DNA from: a bacterium
GTDB lineage: Bacteria; Electryoneota; Electryoneia; Electryoneales; Electryoneaceae
Assembly: GCA_020444425.1 (NCBI GenBank)
Contig: JAHLLB010000017.1
Coordinates: 2,099 to 66,098, forward strand
Direction of reading: 5' to 3'
Length of the DNA: 64,000 nucleotides
The position numbers and the translations under genes were made by a program. Positions 9,046-26,788 of the stretch are shown here, piece after piece (the first letter of the stretch is position 1; every line of letters starts with the position of its first letter). The notes below the pieces were generated by a model that saw only the letters and a list, made by a program, of their open reading frames with translations, was not told where the DNA came from and made no database searches.

Positions 9046-9227
9046 CAGCGGGAATCCTGTCTCAGGATCGTGAAGCCTGAAATATGGAGGACAGGAGTCG
9101 ATCAGGCAAACGTGTGGTGTGAATAATGTGGCAATCTCGCGCTCGTGGGCATGGTTTCGCTCTCCCGGCTCACCGTATATTCCGCATCCCGACATCGTAT
9201 ATGGAATTTGACCTGGAATTGTTATCA

Positions 9228-9580
9228 TGCCCTCGGGCTTTAGCCCGGGATTATCGGTAGCTGAAGTACAATCGAAATCACGTCCTCGGGCTTCAGCCCG
9301 GGTATTTAACACGGTCCAATAACACAAGGTGTAACCCCGGACTGAAGTCCGAGGGCATGCATGCGGTGGTCGGTTAGGAGTTTGCGAATCCCGGACTAAA
9401 GTCCGAGGGCATGCATGCGGTGGTCGGTTAGGAGTTTGCGAATCCCGGACTGAAGTCCGAGGGCATGCGTGCGGTGGTCGGTTAGGAGTTTGCGAATCCC
9501 GGACTGAAGTCCGAGGGCATGTGTACGGTGAAAGGTTGTGAGTTGGAGAATCCTGGACTGAAGTCCGAGGGCAAGTTTCG
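9228..9580. repeat. REP/BIME-like array: 2 inverted + 5 direct copies of a CCCGGRCTGAAGYCCGAGGGCAT hairpin; the direct copies form a ~53-bp tandem repeat (~4.3 units)
   Basis: Copies at ~9228-9250 and 9282-9304 (reverse orientation, G-C stem variant) and ~9336, 9389, 9442, 9495, 9552 (A-T stem variant); identical inter-hairpin units ATGCATGCGGTGGTCGGTTAGGAGTTTGCGAAT; hairpin stem CGGAC/GTCCG with loop TGAA. Confidence 0.75.
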
Positions 9581-9628
9581 AATGGCTCAATTCTTATCCA
9601 TGTTCCTCAAGAGGCAGGGGAGGCGGAG

Positions 9629-10747
9629 ATGATCATCGGCATTCCGCGTGAGCGGTTTATCGACGAAACACGTGTCGCGGTATCACCGGCGGCAGCTCGT
9701 TCGCTGGTCGAGGCCGGGTCAACGGTGTACATCGAAACGAACGCCGGGGAAGCGGCGGGTTGGCGTGATTCTGAGTATGAAAACGCCGGCGCGACGATTG
9801 TCTACAGCGAGGAGGAAGCGCTCGGCCGTGCGGATCTGGTGATCAAGGTGTTGCGTCCCAACCCGCAGGAAGCGGAGATGATCCGTGAAGGCGCGGCGCT
9901 GGTCAGCTACCTGCAGCTTTCGCAAGCCCCGCGCGAGGTGTTCATCTCGTTGTATGAACGTGAGATCACCGCGATCGCGCTGGAGAATATCTGGTATGAG
10001 GGCGGCGGCCATCCGGTACGTCGTGCGATGAGTGAAATCGCCGGCCAGCTGGCGGTGCATGCGGGGTCGGAACACCTGCGCGCCGACCGTGGTGGACGTG
10101 GCATTCTGCTCGGCGGGTTGCCGGGTGTGCCTAGCGCCAGTGTCGGGATTCTGGGCGCCGGAGTGGTTGGGCAGGCGGCAGCTGCTGCGGCGTTGAACCG
10201 TGGCGCACACGTCATCCTCGTTGACCAGAAGATCGCGCCGTTGCGTGAAGCGATGAAGATTTACGGTAACCGGCTGCAAACCGGGATCGTCAACGAGCAC
10301 AACATAGAGAAACTGTGCAGTTTCGTCGATGTGCTGATCGGTGCGATCCTGATTGAGGATCATCCGACGCCGCACATTCTGATGCGTGACCAGGTCCGCG
10401 CGATGAAACGTGGCAGCGTGCTGGTGGATGTGGCGATTGATCAGGGCGGAACGGCGGAGACCAGCCGTCCGACGTCTATCTCGGACCCCACGTATATAGA
10501 GGAAGAGGTGGTGCATTATTGCGTGCCGAACATGCCGGCGCTGGTGCCACGCACCGCGACGCGTGCGTTCCAGAACCAGGTGTTGCCGTTCGTTCGAGAG
10601 ATCATGAAGTCCGGAGTGAAGGAAACGTTGCGTTCGCATCCGTATTTGCGGACCGGATTGACGTTGTATGAAGGGAAAGTTGTCCGTGACTTGATCGCGA
10701 AGACTTTCGGTGTTGAGTCTCATGCGATCGATGAGGTGTTGGGATGA
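9629..10747 (+). CDS. ald: alanine dehydrogenase family protein (AlaDH/PNT)
   Basis: 372 aa; N-terminus MIIGIPRERFIDETRVAVSPAAA matches the Ald family N-terminus (MIIGVPKE...NRVA...); NAD-binding GILGAGVVGQAAAAAA. Confidence 0.7.
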   Translation: MIIGIPRERFIDETRVAVSPAAARSLVEAGSTVYIETNAGEAAGWRDSEYENAGATIVYSEEEALGRADLVIKVLRPNPQEAEMIREGAALVSYLQLSQAPREVFISLYEREITAIALENIWYEGGGHPVRRAMSEIAGQLAVHAGSEHLRADRGGRGILLGGLPGVPSASVGILGAGVVGQAAAAAALNRGAHVILVDQKIAPLREAMKIYGNRLQTGIVNEHNIEKLCSFVDVLIGAILIEDHPTPHILMRDQVRAMKRGSVLVDVAIDQGGTAETSRPTSISDPTYIEEEVVHYCVPNMPALVPRTATRAFQNQVLPFVREIMKSGVKETLRSHPYLRTGLTLYEGKVVRDLIAKTFGVESHAIDEVLG

Positions 10748-12057
10748 GATGGAATGAAAAGTACCAGTCGCGGCGGATGTCCGCGGATGAAGCGGTCAAG
10801 GTGATCAAGAGCGGCGACCGGGTGTTTGTGCAGCCCGGGTGCGCGGTGCCGACGGCGTTGACCAACGCCATGGTCGGCCGGGCGGATCAGCTTGAGAACG
10901 TCGAGGTGATGCACATTCTGACGATGGGCGACGCTCCGTACCTCGATCGGAAGTACGAGGGAACGTTCCGGCACCGTGCGTTGTTCATCGGCCACAACGC
11001 CCGCAAAGCGGTGGCGGAAGGCCGTGCTGACGCGATGGGCATCTTCCTCGGTGAAGTGCCGGGACTGTTCATCGACGGAACGCTTCCCATCGACGTCTGC
11101 CTGATTCATGTCTCCCCGCCAGACGATCACGGGTTCTGCTCGTTCGGTGTAGATGTCGGCGTGACCAAATCCGGGGCGGACTCGGCGAAGTATGTGATCG
11201 CACAGGTGAACCGGTTGATGCCGCGCGCGCTGGGCGACAGCTTCATACACGTGAACAAGATCGACGCGTTTGTGCCGTACGATTACGCGCTGTTCGAGAT
11301 GGCGCAGTTCGTGCCAGACTTCAACGAACCAAAGAACCTTGTGCCGTTGAAGATCGGCGAGAACATTGTCGAACTCATCAATGACGGCGATACGCTGCAG
11401 ATGGGCATCGGCACGATTCCGGACGCGGTTCTGTATCACTTGCGCGAGAAGCGTGACCTCGGTGTACACACCGAGATGTTCAGCGATGGCGTGGTGGACC
11501 TGGTCGAAGAAGGGATCATCACCAACGATAAGAAGACGATCAACCGTGGCAAAATGGTCGCGGGCTTTGTCCTCGGCACGCGCAAGACATTCGACTTCAT
11601 CGACAACAACCCGATCGTCGAATTCCGTCCGACGGAGTATGTCAACGACATCAGCGTGATCGCTCAGCACGACAATATGGTTGCGATTAACAGCGCGATC
11701 GAGGTGGACATCACCGGGCAGGTGTGTGCGGACAGCATCGGGCCGAACCTGTACTCCGGGTTTGGTGGGCAGGTGGATTTCATTCGCGGTGCGGCTCGCT
11801 CCAAGGGCGGCAAGCCGATTATCGCGTTGCCGAGCACGGCGAAGGACGATACGATCAGCCGGATTGTGCCGCAGTTGAAACCTGGCGCGGGAGTCGTGAC
11901 GACACGCGCGGATGTGCACTGGGTGGTGACGGAGCACGGCGCGGTGAACCTGCACGGAAAGTCGTATCGTGAACGGGCGAAAGCGCTGATCGGGATTTCC
12001 CATCCGAACTTCCGGGATGAGCTTGAGGCGTACGCGAAGGAGCAGAAGCTGATCTAG
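10744..12057 (+). CDS. acetyl-CoA hydrolase/transferase family protein (4-hydroxybutyrate / succinyl-CoA:acetate CoA-transferase-like)
   Basis: 437 aa; overlaps the ald stop by 4 nt (ATGA); AcetylCoA_hydro N- and C-terminal domain architecture with conserved GIGTIPDAV and EVDITGQV regions. Confidence 0.8.
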   Translation: MRWNEKYQSRRMSADEAVKVIKSGDRVFVQPGCAVPTALTNAMVGRADQLENVEVMHILTMGDAPYLDRKYEGTFRHRALFIGHNARKAVAEGRADAMGIFLGEVPGLFIDGTLPIDVCLIHVSPPDDHGFCSFGVDVGVTKSGADSAKYVIAQVNRLMPRALGDSFIHVNKIDAFVPYDYALFEMAQFVPDFNEPKNLVPLKIGENIVELINDGDTLQMGIGTIPDAVLYHLREKRDLGVHTEMFSDGVVDLVEEGIITNDKKTINRGKMVAGFVLGTRKTFDFIDNNPIVEFRPTEYVNDISVIAQHDNMVAINSAIEVDITGQVCADSIGPNLYSGFGGQVDFIRGAARSKGGKPIIALPSTAKDDTISRIVPQLKPGAGVVTTRADVHWVVTEHGAVNLHGKSYRERAKALIGISHPNFRDELEAYAKEQKLI

Positions 12058-12099
12058 AGCGTGGGGGAGGAGGGCTTGGAGACGGGACCCGATCACCCC

Positions 12100-12127
12100 T
12101 TGACTCCGAAAAGCAGGGAGCTATATT
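12100..12127 (+). promoter_or_regulatory. sigma70-like promoter of the tRNA-tuf operon (TTGACT -16 nt- TATATT)
   Basis: -35 TTGACT 12100-12105 and -10 TATATT 12122-12127 with a 16-nt spacer; ~145 nt upstream of the first tRNA. Confidence 0.5.
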
Positions 12128-12273
12128 TAGGGCTGCGGCGCACGGCGGAATTTTTCGTGCCAGACGCCGCATTTTTGTGCGGGTTAAACGTGAAGCGTCG
12201 ACTCGGTTTCCGGCTCGGGTGAGTGAGTACCCGGGAATGGATTCAGGCTCGGAGGTGTAAGGCCAGCTGGAAT

Positions 12274-12346
12274 GCCGGTGTAGCTCAGTTGGTAGAGCAC
12301 TGGATTTGTAATCCAGCGGTCATCGGTTCGAGTCCGATCGCCGGCT
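12274..12346 (+). tRNA. tRNA-Thr (anticodon TGT)
   Basis: Cloverleaf: acceptor GCCGGTG/CGCCGGC, D-arm TAGCTCAGTTGGTAGAGCA, anticodon loop TTTGTAA, T-arm GGTTCGAGTCC. Confidence 0.92.
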
Positions 12347-12553
12347 CAATGCTTTGCGCAACAAGCCAGGTATTCAAGGTGGCATGCGACACGGAGCAGG
12401 GAGGCTCCCGCCCCAGCACAGGCGGAGGGCCAAAACACCTGGATCGTGAGCGGAGGTCACCGTTTCTGTGTTGTGAAGGCAGGCTGGATACGATCTCTTT
12501 ACAAGCTGAGCGTTTTTTAACCCGACGGAAGTTGTTGGGTTGAAGTGATAGTC

Positions 12554-12636
12554 GGGGGGATGCCCGAGCGGCCAAAGGGAGCAGACTGTAAATCTGCCGG
12601 CGTACGCCTTCGAAGGTTCGAATCCTTCTCCCCCCA
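12554..12636 (+). tRNA. tRNA-Tyr (anticodon GTA), long variable arm
   Basis: Acceptor GGGGGGA/TCCCCCC, anticodon loop ACTGTAAAT, long variable arm, T-arm GAAGGTTCGAATCCTTC. Confidence 0.9.
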
Positions 12637-12720
12637 CATAGTGATTGCAGGCCCGCCCGGTTTTCCGGGATGCAGTGATGCCCGCAGAGCATGGGCCCGA
12701 GCAGGGTGGTCCGAACACAA

Positions 12721-12793
12721 GCGGGAGTAGCTCATCTGGTAGAGCACCAGCCTTCCAAGCTGGATGTGGCGGGTTCGAGTCCCGTCTCCCGCT
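12721..12793 (+). tRNA. tRNA-Gly (anticodon TCC)
   Basis: Acceptor GCGGGAG/CTCCCGC, anticodon loop CTTCCAA, T-arm GGGTTCGAGTCCC. Confidence 0.9.
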
Positions 12794-12900
12794 CAACTGG
12801 GATGTGGGATGTGAGATTCGAGCGAAACGAGCTGGTGGGTAGCTGGTCGTGTGTTGAAGCTGGTCAATGTTCGTAACTCGTAGCTCACAACTGGTTTTCA

Positions 12901-12973
<73 letters not shown>

Positions 12974-13037
12974 CAGTTAGCGATCCAGATGAGAGAGCAG
13001 AAATAGTCAGAGCACCAAGACCGCCGGAGGACGCAGG

Positions 13038-14228
13038 ATGGCGAAGGAAGTATTTGAGCGGACGAAGCCCCACGTAAATGTGGGAACGATTGGTCACGTG
13101 GACCATGGCAAGACGACGTTGACGGCCGCGATGACGTTGGTGTTGTCGAAGGCGGGCGGAGCGGAATTCCGTTCGTTCGATTCGATTGACAACGCGCCGG
13201 AAGAGCGTGAGCGTGGTATCACGATCGCGACGGCCCACGTCGAATATGAGTCGGAGAACCGTCACTACGCGCACGTTGACTGTCCAGGTCACGCGGACTA
13301 CGTGAAGAACATGATCACGGGTGCTGCGCAGATGGACGGTGCGATTGTGGTTGTGAGTGCGGCTGACGGTCCGATGCCGCAGACTCGTGAGCACATTCTT
13401 TTGGCTCGTCAGGTGAACGTGCCGGCGTTGGTGGTTTACATGAACAAGGTCGACCTGGTCGATGACGAAGAGTTGTTGGACCTGGTAGAGCTTGAGATGC
13501 GCGAGTTGCTTTCGGAATACGAATTTCCGGGCGACGACATTCCGATCATCCGTGGTTCAGCGCTTGAGGCGTTGAACAATCCGGATGATGAGAAGGCGAC
13601 GACGTCGATCTTTGAATTGATCAAGGCTGTCGACGATTTCATTCCGGAGCCTGAGCGTGCGACGGACCTTCCGTTCCTGATGCCTGTCGAGGATGTGTTC
13701 TCGATTACGGGTCGTGGTACGGTGGCGACGGGTCGTATTGAGCGTGGCATCGTGAAGACCGGTGAAGAGCTTGAGTTGGTCGGTCTTGGTGCAGCCCGCA
13801 AGACGGTTGTGACGGGTGTCGAGATGTTCCGCAAGATCCTGAATGAGGGTCAGGCGGGTGACAACGCGGGTCTGTTGCTTCGTGGTGTTGACAAGGATGA
13901 GATCGAGCGCGGGATGGTTTTGGCGAAGCCGGGTTCGATTACGCCTCACACGAAGTTCGAGGCCGAGGTTTACATCCTGAGCAAGAACGAAGGTGGCCGT
14001 CACACTCCGTTCTTCGATGGGTATCGTCCTCAGTTCTACTTCCGGACGACGGATGTGACTGGCGCGATCAAGTTGCCTGAGGGCGTCGAGATGGTGATGC
14101 CTGGTGACAACATCAAGATGGATGTGGAGCTGATCGCACCGATCGCGATGGAAGAGACGCTTCGTTTCGCGATTCGTGAGGGTGGCCGTACCGTCGGTGC
14201 CGGTGTTGTCGCGAAGATTATTGAGTAG
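13038..14228 (+). CDS. tuf: elongation factor Tu (copy 1, tufB-like position after the tRNA cluster)
   Basis: 396 aa; [18 protein letters not shown] GTPase motifs; protein identical to the second copy at 29951..31141. Confidence 0.97.
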   Translation: MAKEVFERTKPHVNVGTIGHVDHGKTTLTAAMTLVLSKAGGAEFRSFDSIDNAPEERERGITIATAHVEYESENRHYAHVDCPGHADYVKNMITGAAQMDGAIVVVSAADGPMPQTREHILLARQVNVPALVVYMNKVDLVDDEELLDLVELEMRELLSEYEFPGDDIPIIRGSALEALNNPDDEKATTSIFELIKAVDDFIPEPERATDLPFLMPVEDVFSITGRGTVATGRIERGIVKTGEELELVGLGAARKTVVTGVEMFRKILNEGQAGDNAGLLLRGVDKDEIERGMVLAKPGSITPHTKFEAEVYILSKNEGGRHTPFFDGYRPQFYFRTTDVTGAIKLPEGVEMVMPGDNIKMDVELIAPIAMEETLRFAIREGGRTVGAGVVAKIIE

Positions 14229-14403
14229 TCTGGCGTAACCGGCAGCAGGTTTTGCCGGAACGTTACACATCGATGTATTCGCGGGCGGCCGTGAATTCGC
14301 AGGGTCGCCCGCGAAGCTTGAATTGAGCGGGTTGGCAGAAGAACGCAACCCGCAGCTTTGCCTAGGCGGGGCAACGGTTCAGGCGTGATGGGGAACAGGT
14401 TCG

Positions 14404-14553
14404 ATGCGTGTTAAGGCGGTAGTGGAATGTGAGGAGTGCCATTCCCGGAATTACACGCTTTCGAAGAACAAGCAGGAACACCCGGATCGTCTGGTCGTGA
14501 AGAAGTTCTGCCCGCGGTGCAACAAGCACACGCTGCACCGGGAGAGCCGCTGA
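14404..14553 (+). CDS. rpmG: 50S ribosomal protein L33 (Zn-ribbon type)
   Basis: Manual translation [49 protein letters not shown] (49 aa, CxxC...CxxC); below the ORF-track size cutoff. Confidence 0.85.
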   Translation: MRVKAVVECEECHSRNYTLSKNKQEHPDRLVVKKFCPRCNKHTLHRESR

Positions 14554-14627
14554 CAAGCGCAAAGTGTTTTGAGGTTTGAGGTTGGGTTGCTCAGGACTCA
14601 CAACTCACAGCTCATACCTGCAGTTAG

Positions 14628-14700
14628 AGGACACTAGCTCAATTGGTAGAGCACCGGTCTCCAAAACCGGGGGTTGGGGGTTCGAGTCCCTCGTGTCCTG
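14628..14700 (+). tRNA. tRNA-Trp (anticodon CCA)
   Basis: Acceptor AGGACAC/GTGTCCT, anticodon loop CTCCAAA, T-arm GGGGGTTCGAGTCCCTC; encoded CCA follows. Confidence 0.9.
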
Positions 14701-14804
14701 CCAAGGGATGATGATTCCCGGCACGGTTGAGGCTGTGTCAACAATGGACCGCCGGACGTTTTGCAGGATGGCAGAATGGCCCGGTCTTCTCCCCGAGGTT
14801 GGAG

Positions 14805-14987
14805 ATGTTTAAGAAGGTTGCGGAATACATCCAGAATGTTCGTGCTGAGATGAGCAAGGTGACCTGGCCGACTCGCGGCGTGTTGCTTGAGTCAACTGGG
14901 ATTACACTGATGCTGTCGATCATGTTGGCCATTTTCGTTTTTACGGCTGACTTCATCATCTCGCGTGTTATTCAACTGATTATCTGA
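14805..14987 (+). CDS. secE: preprotein translocase subunit SecE
   Basis: [52 protein letters not shown]; single TM helix; conserved position between tRNA-Trp and nusG. Confidence 0.85.
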   Translation: MFKKVAEYIQNVRAEMSKVTWPTRGVLLESTGITLMLSIMLAIFVFTADFIISRVIQLII

Positions 14988-14994
14988 CGTCAGT

Positions 14995-15543
14995 TTGTCC
15001 ATGGAATGGTACGTCCTACAAGTTTTCACCGGCCAGGAAAATCGCGTCAAGGAGTATCTTGAGGCTGAGTTGGAACGGCTGGAGGAATATCGGGAGCTGG
15101 TTGGCAATGTGCTGATCCCATCCGAAGATGTTGTCGAGATGCGGGATGGCAAGAAGCGAACCAAGCGGCGCAACTTCTTCCCCGGCTATTTGCTGGTGGA
15201 GATGGAGTTGACGAAGCACAGCAAGCACCTGGTACTGAGTACCCCTGGCGTGATGGGGTTCATCGGCGGATCCGGGAGCGATCCCGAGCCGCTGCAGAAG
15301 GAAGAAGTCGACCGCATTCTCGGCCGTGTGGAAGAGAGAGCGGGTCAAACAACCGTTGAAATTCCGTTCCTCGTGGATGACGTGGTGAAAATCGCGGACG
15401 GTCCGTTCAAGGACTTCCAGGGGACGATTAAGGAAATCAACGCTGAAAAACGGAAGTTGAAGGTTCTCGTGTCGATTTTCGGTCGCGAGACACCGGTGGA
15501 GGTCGATTTCCTCCAGGTAACGACGGATTTCAGCGAGTCCTGA
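14995..15543 (+). CDS. nusG: transcription termination/antitermination factor NusG
   Basis: 182 aa; NGN domain ([18 protein letters not shown]) and C-terminal KOW ([18 protein letters not shown]). Confidence 0.95.
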   Translation: MSMEWYVLQVFTGQENRVKEYLEAELERLEEYRELVGNVLIPSEDVVEMRDGKKRTKRRNFFPGYLLVEMELTKHSKHLVLSTPGVMGFIGGSGSDPEPLQKEEVDRILGRVEERAGQTTVEIPFLVDDVVKIADGPFKDFQGTIKEINAEKRKLKVLVSIFGRETPVEVDFLQVTTDFSES

Positions 15544-15553
15544 GGCACAAGTC

Positions 15554-15979
15554 ATGGCGAAGAAAGTCATCGGCATTGCGAAACTCGTGATTCCCGGCGG
15601 TCAGGCGTCTCCGGCGCCCCCTGTCGGTACAGCGCTCGGTCCGAAGGGCGTGAACATCATGGAGTTCGTCAAGGCGTTCAATGCGAAGACGGCGCAGGTT
15701 CCGGGTGAGTTGACACCGGTGGAGGTGACGGTCTATCAGGATCGTTCGTTCACCTTCATCATGAAGACCCCTCCGGCCAGCTATTTGATCAAGAAGGCGA
15801 TCAAGTTGGACAAGGGTTCGGGAGAACCGAACCGCGCCAAGGTCGGCACGATCAAGCTGGACCAGGTACGCGAGATCGCGGAGAAGAAGATGCCGGATCT
15901 GAACGCGCACACCGTTGAACAGGCGATGCATATCATCGCCGGCACGGCCCGTTCGATGGGCGTTATTGTGGAGCAATAG
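15554..15979 (+). CDS. rplK: 50S ribosomal protein L11
   Basis: 141 aa; [38 protein letters not shown]. Confidence 0.97.
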   Translation: MAKKVIGIAKLVIPGGQASPAPPVGTALGPKGVNIMEFVKAFNAKTAQVPGELTPVEVTVYQDRSFTFIMKTPPASYLIKKAIKLDKGSGEPNRAKVGTIKLDQVREIAEKKMPDLNAHTVEQAMHIIAGTARSMGVIVEQ

Positions 15980-15980
15980 G

Positions 15981-16709
15981 ATGAAGCGCAGCCGACGCTG
16001 GAAGGAAGCGATGGCAGATGTCGATCGCTTCCGCGAATACCAGCTCGACAAGGGTATTGAGCTCATCAAGAAGTTCGCGACGAAGACGAAGTTCGACGAA
16101 ACTGTCGAAGTGACCGTCAATCTCAACGTCGACCCGCGAAAAGCGGATCAGATGATCCGTGGAACGCTGACCTTGCCGCATGGTACGGGTAAGACGGTGC
16201 GGGTACTGGTTCTGACCAAGGGTGAGAAGCAGGTTGAGGCGCGTGAGGCCGGTGCGGATCACGTCGGATTCGATGAGTTCATTGAGAAGATTACCAACGA
16301 GAACTGGTTTGAGTTTGACGTGCTGATTGCCACGCCGGATGTGATGCGTGACGTCGGTAAGCTCGGGCGTGTTCTCGGTCCCCGTGGCCTGATGCCAAAC
16401 CCCAAAACCGGAACGGTCACCTTTGATGTTGGCCAGGCGGTGCAAGAGGTGAAGGCGGGTCGAATCGACTTCCGTGTTGACAAGTATGGTATCGTCCACA
16501 TCGGAGTCGGCAAGGCGAGTTTTGAGCCGGAGCAGCTGTCGGACAATATCCGCGAGGTGATTGGCACGTTGACCCGTATGCGTCCGGCTGCAGTCAAGGG
16601 CGTGTACATCAAGCGTGTGACGCTTTCCTCGACGATGAGTCCGGGGGTACGGTTGGATCGTTCCGATGCGGCTGGCTCGGCTGCCCGTCTGGTGGTGACT
16701 GCCGACTAG
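15981..16709 (+). CDS. rplA: 50S ribosomal protein L1
   Basis: Start [15 protein letters not shown] at 15981, internal to ORF 15915..16709; alignment to the L1 N-terminus; TLPHGTGK motif. Confidence 0.92.
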   Translation: MKRSRRWKEAMADVDRFREYQLDKGIELIKKFATKTKFDETVEVTVNLNVDPRKADQMIRGTLTLPHGTGKTVRVLVLTKGEKQVEAREAGADHVGFDEFIEKITNENWFEFDVLIATPDVMRDVGKLGRVLGPRGLMPNPKTGTVTFDVGQAVQEVKAGRIDFRVDKYGIVHIGVGKASFEPEQLSDNIREVIGTLTRMRPAAVKGVYIKRVTLSSTMSPGVRLDRSDAAGSAARLVVTAD

Positions 16710-16794
16710 CTTCGGAATCGCGAGACCGATTCCTCAAACTGAGTATCCCATCCTCCTGAAGTTGGGGAGAGGCGAACCATAGCAGGGAATATCG

Positions 16795-17352
16795 ATGGGT
16801 GAGATCACGGCGAAAGCCAGCCCGTTAAAGAAGAAGGCTCTCCAGACCCTGGAAGAGCGGCTGGCAGACAAGAGCGCAATCATCTTCGCGGACTACCGCG
16901 GGTTGAGCGTAGCACAAACGAACCAGCTGCGTAGCAATTTCCACAAGGCTGAAGGCGGGGAGTTCCTCGTCGTGAAGAACAGCATTCTCAAGATGGCACT
17001 TGAGAAGCAGGGACTCACGATAACGGACGAATCCCTGTTGAAGGGGCCGACGGCGATTGGTATCTCGGACGAGCCGGTAACTCCGGCGAAGACGTTGGCC
17101 GATTTTGCCAAGGGTCACGACAAGCTGGTCTTCAAGGGCGTGCTGGTTGATGGCGAGTTTTTCGATGCGGACCGTGTCAAGGATTTCGCGTCGTTACCGT
17201 CAACGGAAGAGATGTACGCGAGCATCGTGGGCAGTATCGCGAGCCCGTTGAGCGGATTTGTTTCTCTGCTGAACGAGATCGTACGCCAGTTCCTGGCGGT
17301 GCTGGAAGCGGTGATTCAAGAGAAGCAGAAGGAAGAGGGCGCGGCTGCGTAG
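16795..17352 (+). CDS. rplJ: 50S ribosomal protein L10
   Basis: 185 aa; conserved position and L10 N-terminal domain. Confidence 0.92.
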   Translation: MGEITAKASPLKKKALQTLEERLADKSAIIFADYRGLSVAQTNQLRSNFHKAEGGEFLVVKNSILKMALEKQGLTITDESLLKGPTAIGISDEPVTPAKTLADFAKGHDKLVFKGVLVDGEFFDADRVKDFASLPSTEEMYASIVGSIASPLSGFVSLLNEIVRQFLAVLEAVIQEKQKEEGAAA

Positions 17353-17448
17353 CCAGACCATGGTGGGTTACCGTTAGGCGGTACCTGCTACTTTTCCACA
17401 CGATACAGCAACAAAAGAACGCATTCATAGCAGGTTTGGAGGTTCGAG

Positions 17449-17829
17449 GTGGAACAGATTATCGATGCCATCAAGAACATGAAGGTGCTTGAGCTCGTCG
17501 AGCTGAAGAAAGCACTGGAAGAAGAGTTCGGTGTCTCTGCGGCTGCAGCTCCTGTCATGATGGCTGGTGCGGCTCCTGCGGGGGGTGGTGGCGAAGCGGC
17601 AGCGGCCGAGGAAGAACAGACGGAATTCGATGTCGTCCTGAAGGATGCCGGCGCGAAGAAGATTCAGGTCATCAAGGTCGTGCGTCAGCTGACCGGCTTG
17701 GGTCTGAAGGAAGCGAAGGATCTGGTCGACGGCGCTCCGAATACCGTCAAGGAAGCCGTGCCGAAAGAAGAAGCGGAAGACATCATCAAGCAGATTGAAG
17801 AGGTTGGCGGCGCCGCGGAGATGAAGTAA
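17449..17829 (+). CDS. rplL: 50S ribosomal protein L7/L12
   Basis: GTG start with GGAGGT SD; [34 protein letters not shown]...; Ala/Gly/Glu hinge; conserved C-terminal domain. Confidence 0.97.
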   Translation: MEQIIDAIKNMKVLELVELKKALEEEFGVSAAAAPVMMAGAAPAGGGGEAAAAEEEQTEFDVVLKDAGAKKIQVIKVVRQLTGLGLKEAKDLVDGAPNTVKEAVPKEEAEDIIKQIEEVGGAAEMK

Positions 17830-17866
17830 TTGTTCGCGGTACCGGCAGTGCCGGTGAGTGTCTGTA

Positions 17867-17905
17867 ACGGCGGAACGCGCCTTCGAAGGAGCGCTCCGCC
17901 GTTTC
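17867..17905 (+). terminator. rplL-rpoB intergenic attenuator hairpin
   Basis: ~13-bp imperfect inverted repeat AACGGCGGAACGCGCC..GGAGCGCTCCGCCGTT followed by TCGTGCCGTTT; position analogous to the known rplL-rpoB attenuator. Confidence 0.55.
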
Positions 17906-18092
17906 GTGCCGTTTCGGCATGCGGTACCCCGGTTCTCAGCGATGCTCGGGTTACGGCAATTGAAGTTGGATTTTTCTGCTTTTGCCGTTCAGTCTTTGCA
18001 GTTTAGAAGACTCGCTGAAACTCCGGGGCTCCGGTGTTTCTGGTGCAGCAGTTTTGTGCCATTAGACAGTACTCTTACCAGGAGGGTCGAAC

Positions 18093-21881
<3,789 letters not shown>

Positions 21882-22008
21882 GGGAACTTTGCTCTTACCA
21901 CGGGCTCATGTCCGTGGTAAGACAGTCCTTTCTGTGCATGGCAGAGAGGCTGACCGAAGCAAATCGAAGGTTCCTGTCAGTACCCTCCCCTTATCCAAGG
22001 AGGCAAAG

Positions 22009-26445
<4,437 letters not shown>

Positions 26446-26457
26446 GATCTCGGGATC

Positions 26458-26486
26458 TTGACTCGAGGGGTTGATTCCTCTATACT
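26458..26486 (+). promoter_or_regulatory. sigma70-like promoter (TTGACT -17 nt- TATACT) just downstream of rpoC
   Basis: -35 TTGACT 26458-26463 and -10 TATACT 26481-26486 with a 17-nt spacer. Confidence 0.55.
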
Positions 26487-26614
26487 CAGCGGACGTTTGC
26501 GAAATCGTTGCCAGCCACGTTCCGGCGTGCGGAGGCGTTGGGTTGATCCCCAACCAGCGGCCTTGAGTTCATGCGAAGTCGGAGCCGGCAACAAACGATA
26601 TTGGGGACACCGTA

Positions 26615-26656
26615 GCGGGCGGCGCTGTGGTGCGTCGCTCGCCCCTTTTTTCCTTT
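26615..26656 (+). terminator. intrinsic terminator (GC-rich stem + T6) between rpoC and rpsL
   Basis: GGGCGGCGCTGTGGTGCGTCGCTCGCCCCTTTTTTCCTTTT; stem ~8 bp with one bulge, followed by T-run. Confidence 0.55.
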
Positions 26657-26788
26657 TGGGAAAGGGCGTAGAGCCCGTGCATTTTGGAAGACTGGGGTTT
26701 TGAGCACGACACCTGCGCTGCGCGTCTTTTTGTTGTTTGGATTTAAGGTGGCGGATAACCGCCGGCAGGAGAAGCAACCGGAGTTGCG

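Noticed and set aside
9046-9327. N-terminal 94 aa of track ORF 8458..9327
   Set aside because: No homology; overlaps the hairpin repeat array; a proper signal-peptide start (MRSSSIRKSK...) occurs at 9045 immediately before the SPOR repeats.
9228-9590. Possible CRISPR array / 64-aa ORF 9396..9590
   Set aside because: Repeat units are separated by identical (not unique) spacers, so this is a tandem minisatellite of REP-like hairpins; the ORF is a frame artefact of the tandem repeat. No cas genes nearby.
10720-12096. 458-aa minus-strand ORF opposite the CoA-transferase gene and 334-aa ORF opposite ald
   Set aside because: Plus-strand frames have clear family signatures; the minus frames are high-GC antisense artefacts.
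26458-26703. 81-aa plus-strand ORF in the rpoC-rpsL spacer
   Set aside because: Starts within the promoter -35 box and spans a terminator; more plausibly non-coding structured RNA.
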